In this document: one piece after another, positions 9,842 to 20,290 of the stretch
Position numbering within the stretch: position 1 is the first letter of the stretch
How the letters are laid out: each line of letters starts with the position of its first letter
Source of the DNA: Desulfatiglandales bacterium
GTDB lineage: Bacteria; Desulfobacterota; DSM-4660; Desulfatiglandales; Desulfatiglandaceae
Length of the DNA stretch: 64,000 nucleotides
Assembly (NCBI GenBank): GCA_963666345.1
Contig: OY762721.1
Coordinates: 1,024,001 to 1,088,000, forward strand
Reading direction: 5' to 3'
The notes under the pieces: generated by a model
Database searches by the model: none
What the model was told of the DNA's origin: nothing
What the model saw: the letters and a program-made list of their open reading frames with translations, nothing else
Program-made: the position numbers and the translations under genes

Positions 9842-10987
9842 TTATTCCATTGATTCAACGACTATTTCAGTCAGATCCTTTACCGCAAGGTCGGTATTGG
9901 TCCTTTTGGCCCTTGTCTGCATCGTCCTTACACACTGCTGACACGCCGTGATAACGGTCTGGGCGCCGACCCCCTTGATGCTGTCAAGCTTCATCTGGGC
10001 GACCTGGGCCGAGATCTCCGGCGCGGTCATCTCCACATTTCCACCGCCGCCGCAGCAGACCGAAAGATTCCGGTTAAGGGGAAGTTCGGTGAAATCGATC
10101 CCGGGCACAGCCTTGATTACCTCGCGGGGTTCCTCAAAAACGCCGCTGTTCCGCCCCAGGTCACATGGGTCATGATATGTGACCTTTCCTTCGATCGGCT
10201 TTGTAAGCTTGATGCGGCCTTCCTTTATCAGTTCCGCAATAACCTGACTGGCATGCATAAGCTCGACATCGGTATTATAGAGATGTTTCCATGTGTGGTA
10301 GCAGGACGGGCATGTAAACACCACCTTTTTGGCGCCCACATCGGCGACCTTTTTCAGGTTGTGCTCTTTCATGGCCTCCAGTTTGTCAGGCATGCCCGCT
10401 CCGATCAGGGGAAACCCGCAGCACCATTCGTCTCCGCCCAGGATGGTGAAGTTCACGCCTGCCTTGGTGAGGATCTTGGCCATATTGGCGGGTATCTTCT
10501 GGACCATCGGGAAAAATGACGCGACACACCCGACAAAGAAAACTATATCGGCCTTTTCTTTTTCAAAGCTCTCTTCCGGCAGATCCTTTATCAGTTCCTG
10601 CCATTCAGCCCTGTCTTCCTGATCGTCGTCGGAGATATTGTGAGTTCCTTCAAGGGTCTTGACCAGCCTGTCGGCGATCTTGGGATAAAAACCCTCATCC
10701 ACCTGGCATTCCCGGTTCTGAAAAATGAGGTCCTTGGTCTGTACGCTTGAAAGGCACACTGCCGTACAGGCACCGCACCCCAGACAAGTGAATATGGCCC
10801 TTTCGGTATCATCGCTCAAGGGCAGTTTGTTTTCGATGGCGAATCGTACTATGGCATTTCGCCCCCTGGAAGAATAGGCTTCTTCTTTCATCACCAGATA
10901 GGTGGGGCAGCTCGGCAAGCAGAATCCGCATTTATTGCACTTTGCAACCTCGTCATATGACAACTTCTTTAATTGAACAAGATTCAT
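9842..10987 (-). CDS. glcF: GlcF-like Fe-S subunit (2x4Fe-4S + two CCG domains)
   Basis: CNKCGFCLPSCP, CLGCGACTAVC, two CCG motifs, YHDPC; adjacent to glcD/glcE-like genes. Confidence 0.8.
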   Translation of the reverse strand: MNLVQLKKLSYDEVAKCNKCGFCLPSCPTYLVMKEEAYSSRGRNAIVRFAIENKLPLSDDTERAIFTCLGCGACTAVCLSSVQTKDLIFQNRECQVDEGFYPKIADRLVKTLEGTHNISDDDQEDRAEWQELIKDLPEESFEKEKADIVFFVGCVASFFPMVQKIPANMAKILTKAGVNFTILGGDEWCCGFPLIGAGMPDKLEAMKEHNLKKVADVGAKKVVFTCPSCYHTWKHLYNTDVELMHASQVIAELIKEGRIKLTKPIEGKVTYHDPCDLGRNSGVFEEPREVIKAVPGIDFTELPLNRNLSVCCGGGGNVEMTAPEISAQVAQMKLDSIKGVGAQTVITACQQCVRTMQTRAKRTNTDLAVKDLTEIVVESME

Positions 10988-11030
10988 AAGAGTTTACCTC
11001 TTCGCGTCTACTCTGATTATGGATAATTGA

Positions 11031-12476
11031 TTAAAGACCTCCGATATAGCGCCCCTTGGACATGATACCCGCAGGATCGATCTCCTCCTTGATCCTCTTC
11101 ATGGCAACAAAATCGGAACCCGGTTTCCCCCACACCTTGAGTTTGTTTTTCAGCTCAACCGGTGCGTTTTGAACTACCATATTGCCTTCAACGCTGAGAC
11201 ATTTTTCAAGGAGTTGATCAAGGGCCTTGACGCCCTTTTCAACGGCATCTGAATCGTCTTTTGCAAGGAGAAGGTTGATATGGGAAATCCCGTTACCGGA
11301 ATGGGCCTGAACGGAAAACTCAAGTCCACTCTTGTCTAAGGTATCCTTTGCAAATTCCAGGAGCCCCTTCCACTCGGATATGGGATAGTTGTATTTAACC
11401 CCGATAAGCCCGGGGGATTTTGTCTTAAGCGTAGAATTGATATCGCTTACCTTCAACCAGAAAACCCTGTGGTCATCCTCTGAAAAGACTGCGTCATCGT
11501 CCGAACCAATGGCCTTTCCCATCTCCAGGATCTCTTTTTTCATTCGCTCCACCGCAGGGGTGAAGGCCTCAAAGGCTGCGGCAAGCAGACATCCGCCTTT
11601 TGCCACCTTAGGCACATCCTGCATGCCCAGAGCTTCGCAAGCCGTATCGTTCATCACCTCGACTGCAGCCGGAAGCAGTGTGGTTTCAAATATCTTTTCC
11701 GCACATGCCGCCGCATCTGCAAAAGATCCGAAGGATATTGCCACTGTTTCCATCTTCTCCGGAAGAGGAAGCAGGCGCAGGGTTATCTCGGTTATAACGC
11801 CCAGGGAGCCGAAGCTACCCAGCATCAGCTTGGAGATGTCGTAGCCTGATACGTTTTTGACCGTCTTTCCCCCGCTTCCGATTATATCGCCCTGGGGAGT
11901 TACAAAACGCACCCCAAGAATCTGATCCCTGGGCAGGTTGTAAAGCAGCCTCCTGGGGCCTGTCGAATTGGCAGCGATAATTCCGCCGATGGTCGCCTTC
12001 TCCGCATAGAGAGGGTCGATCGGAAGAAAACAACCGCTGTGTGACCTGTCCGAACAGATGAACTCATCGGCCTCGGTTTCCAGGTCCTCAATTGGAAGGT
12101 AGCATCTGTCTTCCTGGGTGCCGAGCCGGGCCTGGATGTCCCGGAATTTTACTCCGGCCTCAACGGTTATCGTCAGATTTGCCACATCCACATCCAGCAT
12201 ATGGTTCATACGCTTGGTGCACAGCACCAGGTCAAGATTCTTCGGCGGATTTCCCATGCCCATCTTTGTACCGCTTCCCCATACGACCATGGAGATATCG
12301 TTTTTATGGGCACAGCGCATCACCTCGGAAACCTCTTTAGTGTTTGCGGGAAATACCACTGCCCTGGGAGTCAAATCATCAACAGAATATTTGGCAACGG
12401 CATCCGGTTCTGATTTTATTTGCTCCCGGCCTATTATGCCGGAGAGCTCGTTAATAATCTCTGTGAAGTTTGCCAC
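11031..12476 (-). CDS. glcE: GlcE-like FAD-binding oxidoreductase subunit
   Basis: ATIGGIIAAN..GPRRL.Y and GGKTVKNVSGYD motifs. Likely GTG start at 12476 behind aaggag (ORF track gives 12500). Confidence 0.8.
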   Translation of the reverse strand: MANFTEIINELSGIIGREQIKSEPDAVAKYSVDDLTPRAVVFPANTKEVSEVMRCAHKNDISMVVWGSGTKMGMGNPPKNLDLVLCTKRMNHMLDVDVANLTITVEAGVKFRDIQARLGTQEDRCYLPIEDLETEADEFICSDRSHSGCFLPIDPLYAEKATIGGIIAANSTGPRRLLYNLPRDQILGVRFVTPQGDIIGSGGKTVKNVSGYDISKLMLGSFGSLGVITEITLRLLPLPEKMETVAISFGSFADAAACAEKIFETTLLPAAVEVMNDTACEALGMQDVPKVAKGGCLLAAAFEAFTPAVERMKKEILEMGKAIGSDDDAVFSEDDHRVFWLKVSDINSTLKTKSPGLIGVKYNYPISEWKGLLEFAKDTLDKSGLEFSVQAHSGNGISHINLLLAKDDSDAVEKGVKALDQLLEKCLSVEGNMVVQNAPVELKNKLKVWGKPGSDFVAMKRIKEEIDPAGIMSKGRYIGGL

Positions 12477-12534
12477 GTGAAAACTCCTTGGTTTCGGCAT
12501 TAATTGAATAGCCGTTTAAAGTGTTCTTATACAA

Positions 12535-13929
12535 TTATGCCCCCTGGCATGGTTGATCCGGAATCATCTTACCGGGGTTGATAAAATCATCAGGATCAAA
12601 GGCATTTTTGATTCTACGCTCGAATTCAAGATCGGTATTTGAAAAAATGAAGCATGTCTCACCGAGCTTTTCCAGACCCACGCCATGTTCGCCGCTGATA
12701 GTTCCCCCTGCGTCCGCACAGAGCTTAAGGATTTCCGTAGATGCCTTGCGAACCCGTCTCAACTCATCCTCATCCCTTTCATCAAACATTATGAGGGGAT
12801 GCAGGTTACCGTCACCTGCGTGGAAGACGTTTCCTATCGGCAGGTCATACTTTTCCCCTATCCCGATAACGCCGCTGAGCACCTCGGGTAATTTTGTTCT
12901 CGGGACCGTGCCGTCACAGCAAAGGTAGCTGGGACGGACCTGACCTACCGCGCCGAAAGCGCCCTTTCTGCCGGCCCAGAGGATCGCCCTTTCCGCTTCA
13001 TCCTTTGCGAGCTTGACCTCACGGACATTGTTCTTTTTGCAGACCTCCATTACCTTGGCCGCGTTCTCATCCATACCTTCCGGCATTCCGTCAAGTTCGA
13101 TAATCAGCACGGCCGCTGCGTCCAGGGGATAACCTACCTTGACGGTTTCCTCAACGGCACGCATCACCGTGTTATCCATCATCTCCAGTGTCGCTGGTAC
13201 TATACCTTCGCTGATTACGGCTGAAACGGTGTTTGCACCGTCTTCAATAGTCTCGTATATGCAGAGCATGGTCTTTACGGCCTCAGGCACCTTCTCCAGC
13301 TTGAGGATCATCTTTGTCACGAGTCCCAAAGTACCCTCACTGCCCACGATTATTCCGGTGAGATCATATCCCGCGTTGTCCCTCGCCTTGCCGCCCGTCT
13401 GGATAACTGTGCCGTCATTCAGCACTACTTCCAGACCCTGAATATGATTTGTAGTAGTCCCGTATTTTAGACAGTGAGGACCTCCGGAGTTCTCGCCCAC
13501 ATTACCGCCGAGTGTTGAAACCTTCTGACTGGCCGGGTCCGGCTGATAGACATAACCCAGCTTGAGCATCTCATTTTGAAGATCCAGGGTGATGATGCCC
13601 GGCTGCACAGTTACGGTACGGTTTTTTAGATCTACATCCAGGATATTGTTCATCCGGGAAAAATGCACGACGATTCCCCCCTCAATGGGTATCGTACCGC
13701 CTGTAAGGTTCGTTCCGGAACCCCTTCCCAGGATGGGAACCTTTTCCTTGTATGCCAGCGCCATGATCTTTGAGACTTCCTCGGTTGAATTGGGCAGTAC
13801 CACGACATCGGGCATACCCTTATCAAGAGAAGCATCATAGCTGTAAAGCATACGGTCCATCTCCGAAGTCAATACGAACTCGGGATCGACTATTTCCTTC
13901 AGGCTCTCAATAAGCTTTTCTATTTCCAT
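12535..13929 (-). CDS. glcD: Glycolate oxidase/dehydrogenase FAD-linked subunit GlcD
   Basis: PDPAS..STLGGN..ENSGGPHCLKYG.T.NH, GSEGTLG, HAGDGNLH and GEHGVG motifs. Confidence 0.88.
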   Translation of the reverse strand: MEIEKLIESLKEIVDPEFVLTSEMDRMLYSYDASLDKGMPDVVVLPNSTEEVSKIMALAYKEKVPILGRGSGTNLTGGTIPIEGGIVVHFSRMNNILDVDLKNRTVTVQPGIITLDLQNEMLKLGYVYQPDPASQKVSTLGGNVGENSGGPHCLKYGTTTNHIQGLEVVLNDGTVIQTGGKARDNAGYDLTGIIVGSEGTLGLVTKMILKLEKVPEAVKTMLCIYETIEDGANTVSAVISEGIVPATLEMMDNTVMRAVEETVKVGYPLDAAAVLIIELDGMPEGMDENAAKVMEVCKKNNVREVKLAKDEAERAILWAGRKGAFGAVGQVRPSYLCCDGTVPRTKLPEVLSGVIGIGEKYDLPIGNVFHAGDGNLHPLIMFDERDEDELRRVRKASTEILKLCADAGGTISGEHGVGLEKLGETCFIFSNTDLEFERRIKNAFDPDDFINPGKMIPDQPCQGA

Positions 13930-14051
13930 AAATCAATCCTCTTCAGAATAGAGTAAAAGGAGGCACCGGAATTTTCGGATTCCTGCGCCTCCTCAAGAAG
14001 TTCATTTACCCCTTTGAATCACAAAGGGTTTTTTTCATCTAAAGTATCTGC

Positions 14052-14951
14052 CTATTTTCCGATCTTGGCCTCGGCAGCCTTGATTTCTTCCATGGTCCTG
14101 AGGATCTGCAGTGCATTTTCATACACGGGTGTGTCAACCATTTTGCCCTTATAGGCCACGGCTGCGGCACCCTTTGCAATGCCTTCTTCCTCAAATACCT
14201 TCTTTACGCCCTCAGCCCATTCCACATCGTCTGGTGAAGGTGTGTAAAGTTCGTGTGAAGGCTCGATCTGACCCGGGTGGATAAGCATGCGGCCTTCATA
14301 ACCCATCTGGCAGCCGTCATTGGTGCTCTTGATAAAGGCGTCCTTGTCGGTGAAATTGACAAAGGGACAGTCTATTGCGACGCATCCCGCGGCACGCGCA
14401 GCAACGGGCACGCGATAGCGGCCGTAGAGCTGCTCTACCGCTTCGTCGGTCAGGGTTACGCGCATGTCCTTGCAGTAATCAACGGCGCCGAAGATAAGGG
14501 AGTTACAGCGCGGGCTTGCGCTTGCACACTCGTAGGCGTGAACCATACCCAGGGCGGTTTCGATGAGCATCTGGATCTTCACCGTACCCACTTTCATCCC
14601 CCTTCTCTGCTCCAGTTCTTCCAGTTTCCAGTCCAGACGCTGCACATGCTCGGGCAGACCTGTCTTGGCAAGGCATACGCCGTCCAGTCCGGGATATACT
14701 ATCGCCTCGAGGTCGTCGTTGGTCATAAGGGTTTCCCAGTTGTTGATCCTTACATAAAGATTGGGAGCCGCCTGGTCCGCCCTGCTGGTCTTGAGGTATT
14801 CCCGGATCATCTCCCTGCCTTTGGCTTTTTCAGCGGGGGGAACCGAGTCTTCAAGGTCGAGAGTCAAAACATCACAGGCGATGCTCGGCGCCTTGCCGAC
14901 CATCTTCTCATTGTTGCTTGGTACGTAAAAAACGGATCTCATAACAGTCAT
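14052..14951 (-). CDS. CitE/HpcH-family acyl-CoA lyase (candidate malyl-CoA lyase)
   Basis: RS.FYVP, DLEDSV, VRIN, IETA.G, FGAVD, IHPGQI and GKMVD.P motifs. Confidence 0.88.
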   Translation of the reverse strand: MTVMRSVFYVPSNNEKMVGKAPSIACDVLTLDLEDSVPPAEKAKGREMIREYLKTSRADQAAPNLYVRINNWETLMTNDDLEAIVYPGLDGVCLAKTGLPEHVQRLDWKLEELEQRRGMKVGTVKIQMLIETALGMVHAYECASASPRCNSLIFGAVDYCKDMRVTLTDEAVEQLYGRYRVPVAARAAGCVAIDCPFVNFTDKDAFIKSTNDGCQMGYEGRMLIHPGQIEPSHELYTPSPDDVEWAEGVKKVFEEEGIAKGAAAVAYKGKMVDTPVYENALQILRTMEEIKAAEAKIGK

Positions 14952-14963
14952 GGTAAATCCTCC

Positions 14964-15860
14964 TTACATGTTAAGTAATTTTTTGATGGTTGGTGCTATT
15001 TCTTCCGGGCTGTCGACAACGCTTACTCCGGCATCATTAAAGGCTGCGATCTTGCTCTTTGCAGACCCTTTTCCCCTCTCCACGATGCTGCTCGCATGGG
15101 AAAATCTCATGCCCTCAGGCGCCCACGCGCCTGCAATAAATGCCACCAAAGGTTTGGTGTATTCGCCCTTTGCTACTGTTTCCGCGGCTTCTTCTTCAAG
15201 AGTACCACCGATCTCTCCGAATATTGCAACCGCCTTTGTCTGTTCATCCTTTTCATACTCTTTCAGGACATCTGCCATTGACAGACCCAGGACCGGTTCG
15301 GTTCCGATATGCATGGCCGTGCTTATTCCAAGGCCCGCGACCTTCAGTGCCCAGGGAACAGTTCCCGACTGACCGCCACTTCTGGAAATGACGCCTATCG
15401 GACCCGGCTCGAAAAGCATATTAGCCCAGTCGGCACTTCCTCCAAGCCATCCCATTGCGGCCTTTCCTGGGCTTATAAGGCCGAGGCTTCCTGGCCCAAG
15501 CAGTTTAACTCCGTTTTTAAGGGCGTAGTTTACCATATCCATAACATCCTGAACCGGGATTCTTTCCACAGGGGACCCGATAAACTTTACCCCCGCATCT
15601 ACGGCCTCATATACCGCGGTCTTGAGACCGGGGCCGGGAATAAAGGTCACGCTGGCATCGACCTCGCCGACGTGTCTGATCGCTTCCTTCATGGAGTCGA
15701 ACACCGGGATGCCAAGGACCTCCTGACCTCCCCGGCCAGGGGTTACGCCTGCCACGACCTTGGTCCCATATCCTTTCATAAAGGCAGTACGGAGGGAGCC
15801 TTCCCTGCCTGTCATGCCCTGGACAATTACTCTGGTATTTTCATCTAACAGTATCGACAT
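14964..15860 (-). CDS. SucD-like CoA ligase alpha subunit (candidate malate-CoA ligase)
   Basis: VIVQG.TG, GVTPG.GG, SRSG, GEIGG and RFSHA (phospho-His) motifs; divergent from canonical SucD. Confidence 0.85.
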   Translation of the reverse strand: MSILLDENTRVIVQGMTGREGSLRTAFMKGYGTKVVAGVTPGRGGQEVLGIPVFDSMKEAIRHVGEVDASVTFIPGPGLKTAVYEAVDAGVKFIGSPVERIPVQDVMDMVNYALKNGVKLLGPGSLGLISPGKAAMGWLGGSADWANMLFEPGPIGVISRSGGQSGTVPWALKVAGLGISTAMHIGTEPVLGLSMADVLKEYEKDEQTKAVAIFGEIGGTLEEEAAETVAKGEYTKPLVAFIAGAWAPEGMRFSHASSIVERGKGSAKSKIAAFNDAGVSVVDSPEEIAPTIKKLLNM

Positions 15861-15871
15861 ATTATCCCCCG

Positions 15872-16156
15872 TTATTCTGTTCCGTGCTTTTTCCTGTATT
15901 CAGCCAAGCCCTCAATGGGCACCTCTATGGTGATTGCCGAATTACCCCTGAACCAGCACTCATATTCACAGGCAAAGCATTCCGTGCCCTTCCTTGCAAG
16001 TTCGCTTTCGCTCAGCTCAACCGTAGGCTTTCCATCCTTCAGCACGAGAATCCCGCGGCTGTATGTCTTGCACGCCTCTATACAGGCATGGGTAGTACAG
16101 CCTTCGCATTTATCTTCATCGATTATAACTTTTATCGTTCTTTCGTTGAATTCCAT
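15872..16156 (-). CDS. Small ferredoxin-like protein
   Basis: CEGCTTHACIEAC and ECFACEYEC motifs. Confidence 0.75.
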   Translation of the reverse strand: MEFNERTIKVIIDEDKCEGCTTHACIEACKTYSRGILVLKDGKPTVELSESELARKGTECFACEYECWFRGNSAITIEVPIEGLAEYRKKHGTE

Positions 16157-16170
16157 AAGAATCCTCCCCT

Positions 16171-17427
16171 TTATGCTACTCCTCGTTCTTTTCTATACTC
16201 CTCTACGAGCGCTTTCATCCTGCCTCCGATAAAAGATGCGTCATAGACATGCTCTCTGTCATAAATCTCTATGCGGCTACCGAAACCAGCGAGACCTTCC
16301 TTGAGGATCTCCTGAGACTCTTTCTCTTTGTTGCCGCAGAGGAGGATTACCACGGGAAATCCCGGTTTCTTAGGTAATTCCTCACGAAGTGCCTTGACAA
16401 GACCGTGGGCGTGATGCCACTGCTCCTGATTGGCCATCATGAAACCTGCGAGGATATAGCCTTCTATTCCGGGCTGCGAAAGGATAAGCTTGACAACGCG
16501 GTATACCTTCGATGCCGTGGGGTTACCGCTTGTATCGGCAAAGTCGGCGACCTTGAGTCCCACCCTGTTCATTGCGTCCATGCCGAGCATGGCGGCACCG
16601 CCACCGATTCCGTGGAATCCGACATAACCGCCCTTGCTTACTTCTTCGGGGGAGGCCATCTCAGCCACATAACTTGTACCGCGAAAATCCGTTTCCTCGA
16701 AAGACCATCCCATGAGGTCGAAATCGGTAGGTTCCTTCAGGAATTCACGTCCGATCTTGATACCCAGTTCAGGATGCCTGAACAGGGCCTGATCGTCAAC
16801 CGCCATACGGCAGTCCGCAGCCAGCACCCGGCCGTCTTCAGTCAGCACCAGCGGGTTTATCTCCAGTGAGCGACAGTCATATTCCTGGAACATCTTAAAG
16901 AGTTTGAATACGACATCCGAGAACTGGCGGATAAGCTTGCCCTTGACTCCCATGGAAAGGACCATGTCGATCGTGTCATAGGGCATAAGGCCCTTGATAA
17001 CGTCCACATTCAGGAGGGCCATCTTGTCTTCGGATACCGATTCGATTTCCACACCCCCTTCAGGGCTGAACATGATAACCGGAGCCCTGACATCCTGGGC
17101 GGAGTTGATGATCACACCGGCGTAAAACTCCTGCTTGATGGCCAGCTTTTCTTCAACAAGCACCATCTTTACCTCCAGCCCGCGGTGCACCTTTCCGATA
17201 ATGGATTCCGCCGCCTGAGCCGCTTCTTCGGGAGTATCGGCAAATTTGACGAAACCGCCTTTACCTCTTCCTCCCGCCCATACCTGGGCCTTTACCACGA
17301 CAGGTTTGCCGATCTTCTCGGCGGCCTGCTTAGCTTCTTCGGGTGACTTTGCCACAATTCCTTCAGGGATAGGAATACCGGACTTTTTGAAAAGCTCTTT
17401 TCCCTGATATTCGTAAAATTTTGCCAT
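16171..17427 (-). CDS. SucC-like CoA ligase beta subunit (ATP-grasp)
   Basis: EYQGKELF, KAQVWAGGRGKGG, EGGVEIE, EINPL and D..ALFRHP motifs. Confidence 0.88.
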   Translation of the reverse strand: MAKFYEYQGKELFKKSGIPIPEGIVAKSPEEAKQAAEKIGKPVVVKAQVWAGGRGKGGFVKFADTPEEAAQAAESIIGKVHRGLEVKMVLVEEKLAIKQEFYAGVIINSAQDVRAPVIMFSPEGGVEIESVSEDKMALLNVDVIKGLMPYDTIDMVLSMGVKGKLIRQFSDVVFKLFKMFQEYDCRSLEINPLVLTEDGRVLAADCRMAVDDQALFRHPELGIKIGREFLKEPTDFDLMGWSFEETDFRGTSYVAEMASPEEVSKGGYVGFHGIGGGAAMLGMDAMNRVGLKVADFADTSGNPTASKVYRVVKLILSQPGIEGYILAGFMMANQEQWHHAHGLVKALREELPKKPGFPVVILLCGNKEKESQEILKEGLAGFGSRIEIYDREHVYDASFIGGRMKALVEEYRKERGVA

Positions 17428-17482
17428 TTTGCCTCCCTTAACTAAAATAATCGTGTTATTTGTTTACCATTGAAGATGTTTC

Positions 17483-17500
17483 ATGGTAATACCATTTGAC
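17483..17500 (-). promoter_or_regulatory. GntR/FadR-type operator
   Basis: Minus strand reads gtcaaatggtattaccat, matching the tggtcaaatggtaaaacca boxes at 23734 and 23863. Confidence 0.65.
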
Positions 17501-17659
17501 GTTTTATGATTAGCAATAAATATTAAAGGGTGTCAAGCACTTTCTTCCAAACATATAAGGGGTTTCAAATAATAAAAAACGGATAGAACAAGGCCTTGAT
17601 TTCGGAAATAAATGTTTTATAGGCCGATCAGGGTGATGGCCCGTGGTTATATTTTTTAG

Positions 17660-17674
17660 GCAAGTAGCATGCCA
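17660..17674 (-). promoter_or_regulatory. Sigma-54 promoter of the ligase/lyase/glc operon
   Basis: TGGCATGCTACTTGC (GG-N10-GC) on the minus strand; IHF-like site at 17701-17713; upstream element at 17769-17794. Confidence 0.75.
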
Positions 17675-18068
17675 AAAGTGTAAATTATTTTATAGTTTTC
17701 CAACCTATTGATATAACAGGACTATATCTAATGAAAGGCCTCACCTGAGTCACAGGATCAGGATTATTTGTCAACTTTATTTACATATTGTAAAAATATT
17801 GGCCAGACTCTTGCCAAACATGAGGGTCAAAAAAAATTATAAACGATAACCGCCTTTTTCTTTTGCAATAAAAGAAGAAATTTTAGTAGAATATTCTATT
17901 ATTAACTTACGCTTAAAGATCGACTCCCTTTTATATCGCCCTCGTCCAGGTATCAGCTATTTTCTTCATTAATTTAGGTGCGGCAGAGATTGAAGAAGCC
18001 TTTTTTAATTGACAATGGACAAGCGACCCTGCTAGTAGAACTTCTTAAACACGAGGTATAATGGTAAT

Positions 18069-18860
18069 ATGGTCAGTCCACTATTTAAACCGATTAAACA
18101 GGAAAAGCTATCCGCAAAGATAGCTAATCAGATCAAAAAACTTATCGTTGACGGCAAGCTGAAGCCGGGAGACCCTCTTCCACCTGAAAGAAAACTGATC
18201 AGTCTTCTGAATGTGAGCCGGCCTTCCCTGCGAGAGGCGCTCAAATCACTTGTCGGCATGGGATTTCTGGAAGTAACCCAGGGCAACCGCACGATTGTCA
18301 AATCACTTGCATCGGGACGGATACTCGAGCCGCTCGATTACCTGCTCAAGGATGATATACAAACGGCCTTTGAGATTATTGAAGTACGCAAGGCCATTGA
18401 GGCATGGAACGCCTTTTACGCGGCGAGAAGGGCCTCGAATCATGACATTGCAAGGCTTGAAGAGAATATTTCTTCAATGAAAGAGCTGATGCAGGATAAA
18501 GATTTTACACTTGGAAAGGTGGATGCAGACTTTCATCTGTCCATCAGCGAGGCGACCCATAATAAGATTCAGACCCATATAATGTTTACCATCTACGATA
18601 CCCTGAAGACATTCATCGGAAAATATTACGGCAACATCGATTTCACCGATATCTATGAACAGCACTGTAATGTATTCCATGCCATAAGGGACAAAAATCC
18701 GGATAGGGCCAGAATGGCGATACTGGAACATCTCAATTATGTTGAATCCCGCATAAAGGACGCGGTCCGGTTTAGTGATAATGAGAAAGGCAGGGAACAG
18801 GAAGAGGCGGATAATCCGAACGGCAAAGGTGTTGAAGGGCTGTTCACCCCTGAACACTGA
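18069..18860 (+). CDS. GntR/FadR-family transcriptional regulator (GlcC/LldR/PdhR-like)
   Basis: LKPGDPLPPER.L...LNVSR.SLREAL HTH and FCD domain (D.DFH...H); divergent from the ligase operon. Confidence 0.92.
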   Translation: MVSPLFKPIKQEKLSAKIANQIKKLIVDGKLKPGDPLPPERKLISLLNVSRPSLREALKSLVGMGFLEVTQGNRTIVKSLASGRILEPLDYLLKDDIQTAFEIIEVRKAIEAWNAFYAARRASNHDIARLEENISSMKELMQDKDFTLGKVDADFHLSISEATHNKIQTHIMFTIYDTLKTFIGKYYGNIDFTDIYEQHCNVFHAIRDKNPDRARMAILEHLNYVESRIKDAVRFSDNEKGREQEEADNPNGKGVEGLFTPEH

Positions 18861-18976
18861 TAGACTCGCATTTTTAATATGCCGTAACTCCGTAGCACTC
18901 TTCGTCTTAGGAAAAACGACCTGATAATTCAAAAAATCTAATTTTTAGATGAAATTCAAATGAAAGGAGAAATAAG

Positions 18977-19915
18977 ATGAAAAAGAAGGCAGCCGTTATC
19001 GGAGCGGGTAATGTGGGAGCCACTGCTGCAATGCGTTTGGCTGAAAAAGAACTGGCCGACGTCGCTATCATAGATATACTGGAGGGGGTACCGGCCGGAA
19101 AGGCCCTCGACATGATGGAAGCGGCCCCTATTGAGAAACACGATTCCAAGGTAATAGGGTCAACAGCTGATTACAGCCCCGCAAAGGATTCAGACGTCGT
19201 AATAATTACCGCCGGAATTCCCAGAAAACCTGGTATGAGCCGGGACGATCTTCTGGCCACCAACATGGGAATAATGGAGACGGTTACAAAGGAGGTTGCG
19301 GCAGTTGCACCTGATTCCATCATTATTATTGTAAGCAATCCATTGGATGCCATGTGCCATGTTGCATATGAGGCCAGCGGATTCCCTAAAAACCGCATAC
19401 TCGGCATGGCCGGAGTACTTGATTCGGCAAGGTTTCGCGCCTTTATCTCAATGGAACTGGATGTATCTGTTGAAAATACCCACGCGTTCGTGCTTGGCGG
19501 TCATGGAGATACCATGGTTCCGCTTCCCCGCTATTCGACCGTAGCGGGGATTCCCATAACCGAGCTTATGTCACAGGAAAGGATTGACGTCCTGGTAGAC
19601 AGGACAAGAAACGGCGGTGCGGAAATTGTCGGCCTTCTCAAGACCGGAAGCGCCTTCTATGCACCATCCTCCGGCGCGGTAGCCATGGCCGAGGCGATAC
19701 TGAAGGACCAGAAGAAGATCCTTCCTTGCGCGGCAATGCTCTCAGGTGAATATGGCATCAATGACCTGTTCATCGGAGTTCCCGTTAAGCTGGGAGAAAA
19801 CGGCGCTGAAGAAATAATTGAAATCAACCTTACCGAAGAGGAGAAAAAGGGCCTTGATCACTCTGCTGACGCGGTAAGGGGTCTTGTTGAAGACATGAAG
19901 AGACTCAAGGGATAA
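18977..19915 (+). CDS. mdh: Malate dehydrogenase (LDH-like)
   Basis: [31 protein letters not shown] and GGHGD motifs. Confidence 0.96.
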   Translation: MKKKAAVIGAGNVGATAAMRLAEKELADVAIIDILEGVPAGKALDMMEAAPIEKHDSKVIGSTADYSPAKDSDVVIITAGIPRKPGMSRDDLLATNMGIMETVTKEVAAVAPDSIIIIVSNPLDAMCHVAYEASGFPKNRILGMAGVLDSARFRAFISMELDVSVENTHAFVLGGHGDTMVPLPRYSTVAGIPITELMSQERIDVLVDRTRNGGAEIVGLLKTGSAFYAPSSGAVAMAEAILKDQKKILPCAAMLSGEYGINDLFIGVPVKLGENGAEEIIEINLTEEEKKGLDHSADAVRGLVEDMKRLKG

Positions 19916-19945
19916 AAGGCGTATATTCCCCCTTTAACTCTCACA

Positions 19946-19980
19946 CCCCCGGCGATTATTTCGCCGGGGGTTTTTTATTT
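19946..19980 (+). terminator. Intrinsic terminator after mdh
   Basis: cccccggcga-ttatt-tcgccggggg followed by a T-run. Confidence 0.85.
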
Positions 19981-20062
19981 TAAAAGGACCCAAGTGTTCA
20001 ATCGAATGACAGCAGACCAAAGAAAGACCCTGCCCGTTCATACACCCTCTGATTGCTAACTC

Positions 20063-20126
20063 GTGTTCATCCATAAATCAAGATTTATGCACTCATGCTA
20101 TCAGCTCTCAGCTGTCAGTAAAACAT
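20063..20126. repeat. Truncated second copy of the 611-770 element
   Basis: gtgttcatccataaatcaagatttatgcactcatgctatcagctctcagctgtcagtaaaacatt aligns to about 614-685. Confidence 0.65.
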
Positions 20127-20228
20127 TATATATGCGGCCACTTTTCCGTTAAAACCAGAGAAGGCAGGAGAGGGTAGAGTACCTATCTTCAAATGACCCG
20201 GGTCAGGACCGTGATGACTGAGAACGGC

Positions 20229-20269
20229 AAAAAAAAGGCCGGTCCCCTTTTCCAAGGACACCGGCCTTT
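20229..20269 (-). terminator. Intrinsic terminator after oadB
   Basis: aaaggccggt...accggccttt stem with an adjacent A-run (U-tract on the minus strand). Confidence 0.75.
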
Positions 20270-20290
20270 CACCAATCAATCGTCAATATA

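Noticed and set aside
14964..17427. Calling these genes canonical TCA-cycle sucCD
   Set aside because: Motifs diverge (GIGGGAAMLGMD versus NGAGLAMATMD), a ferredoxin gene is inserted, and the lyase/glc context argues for another acid.
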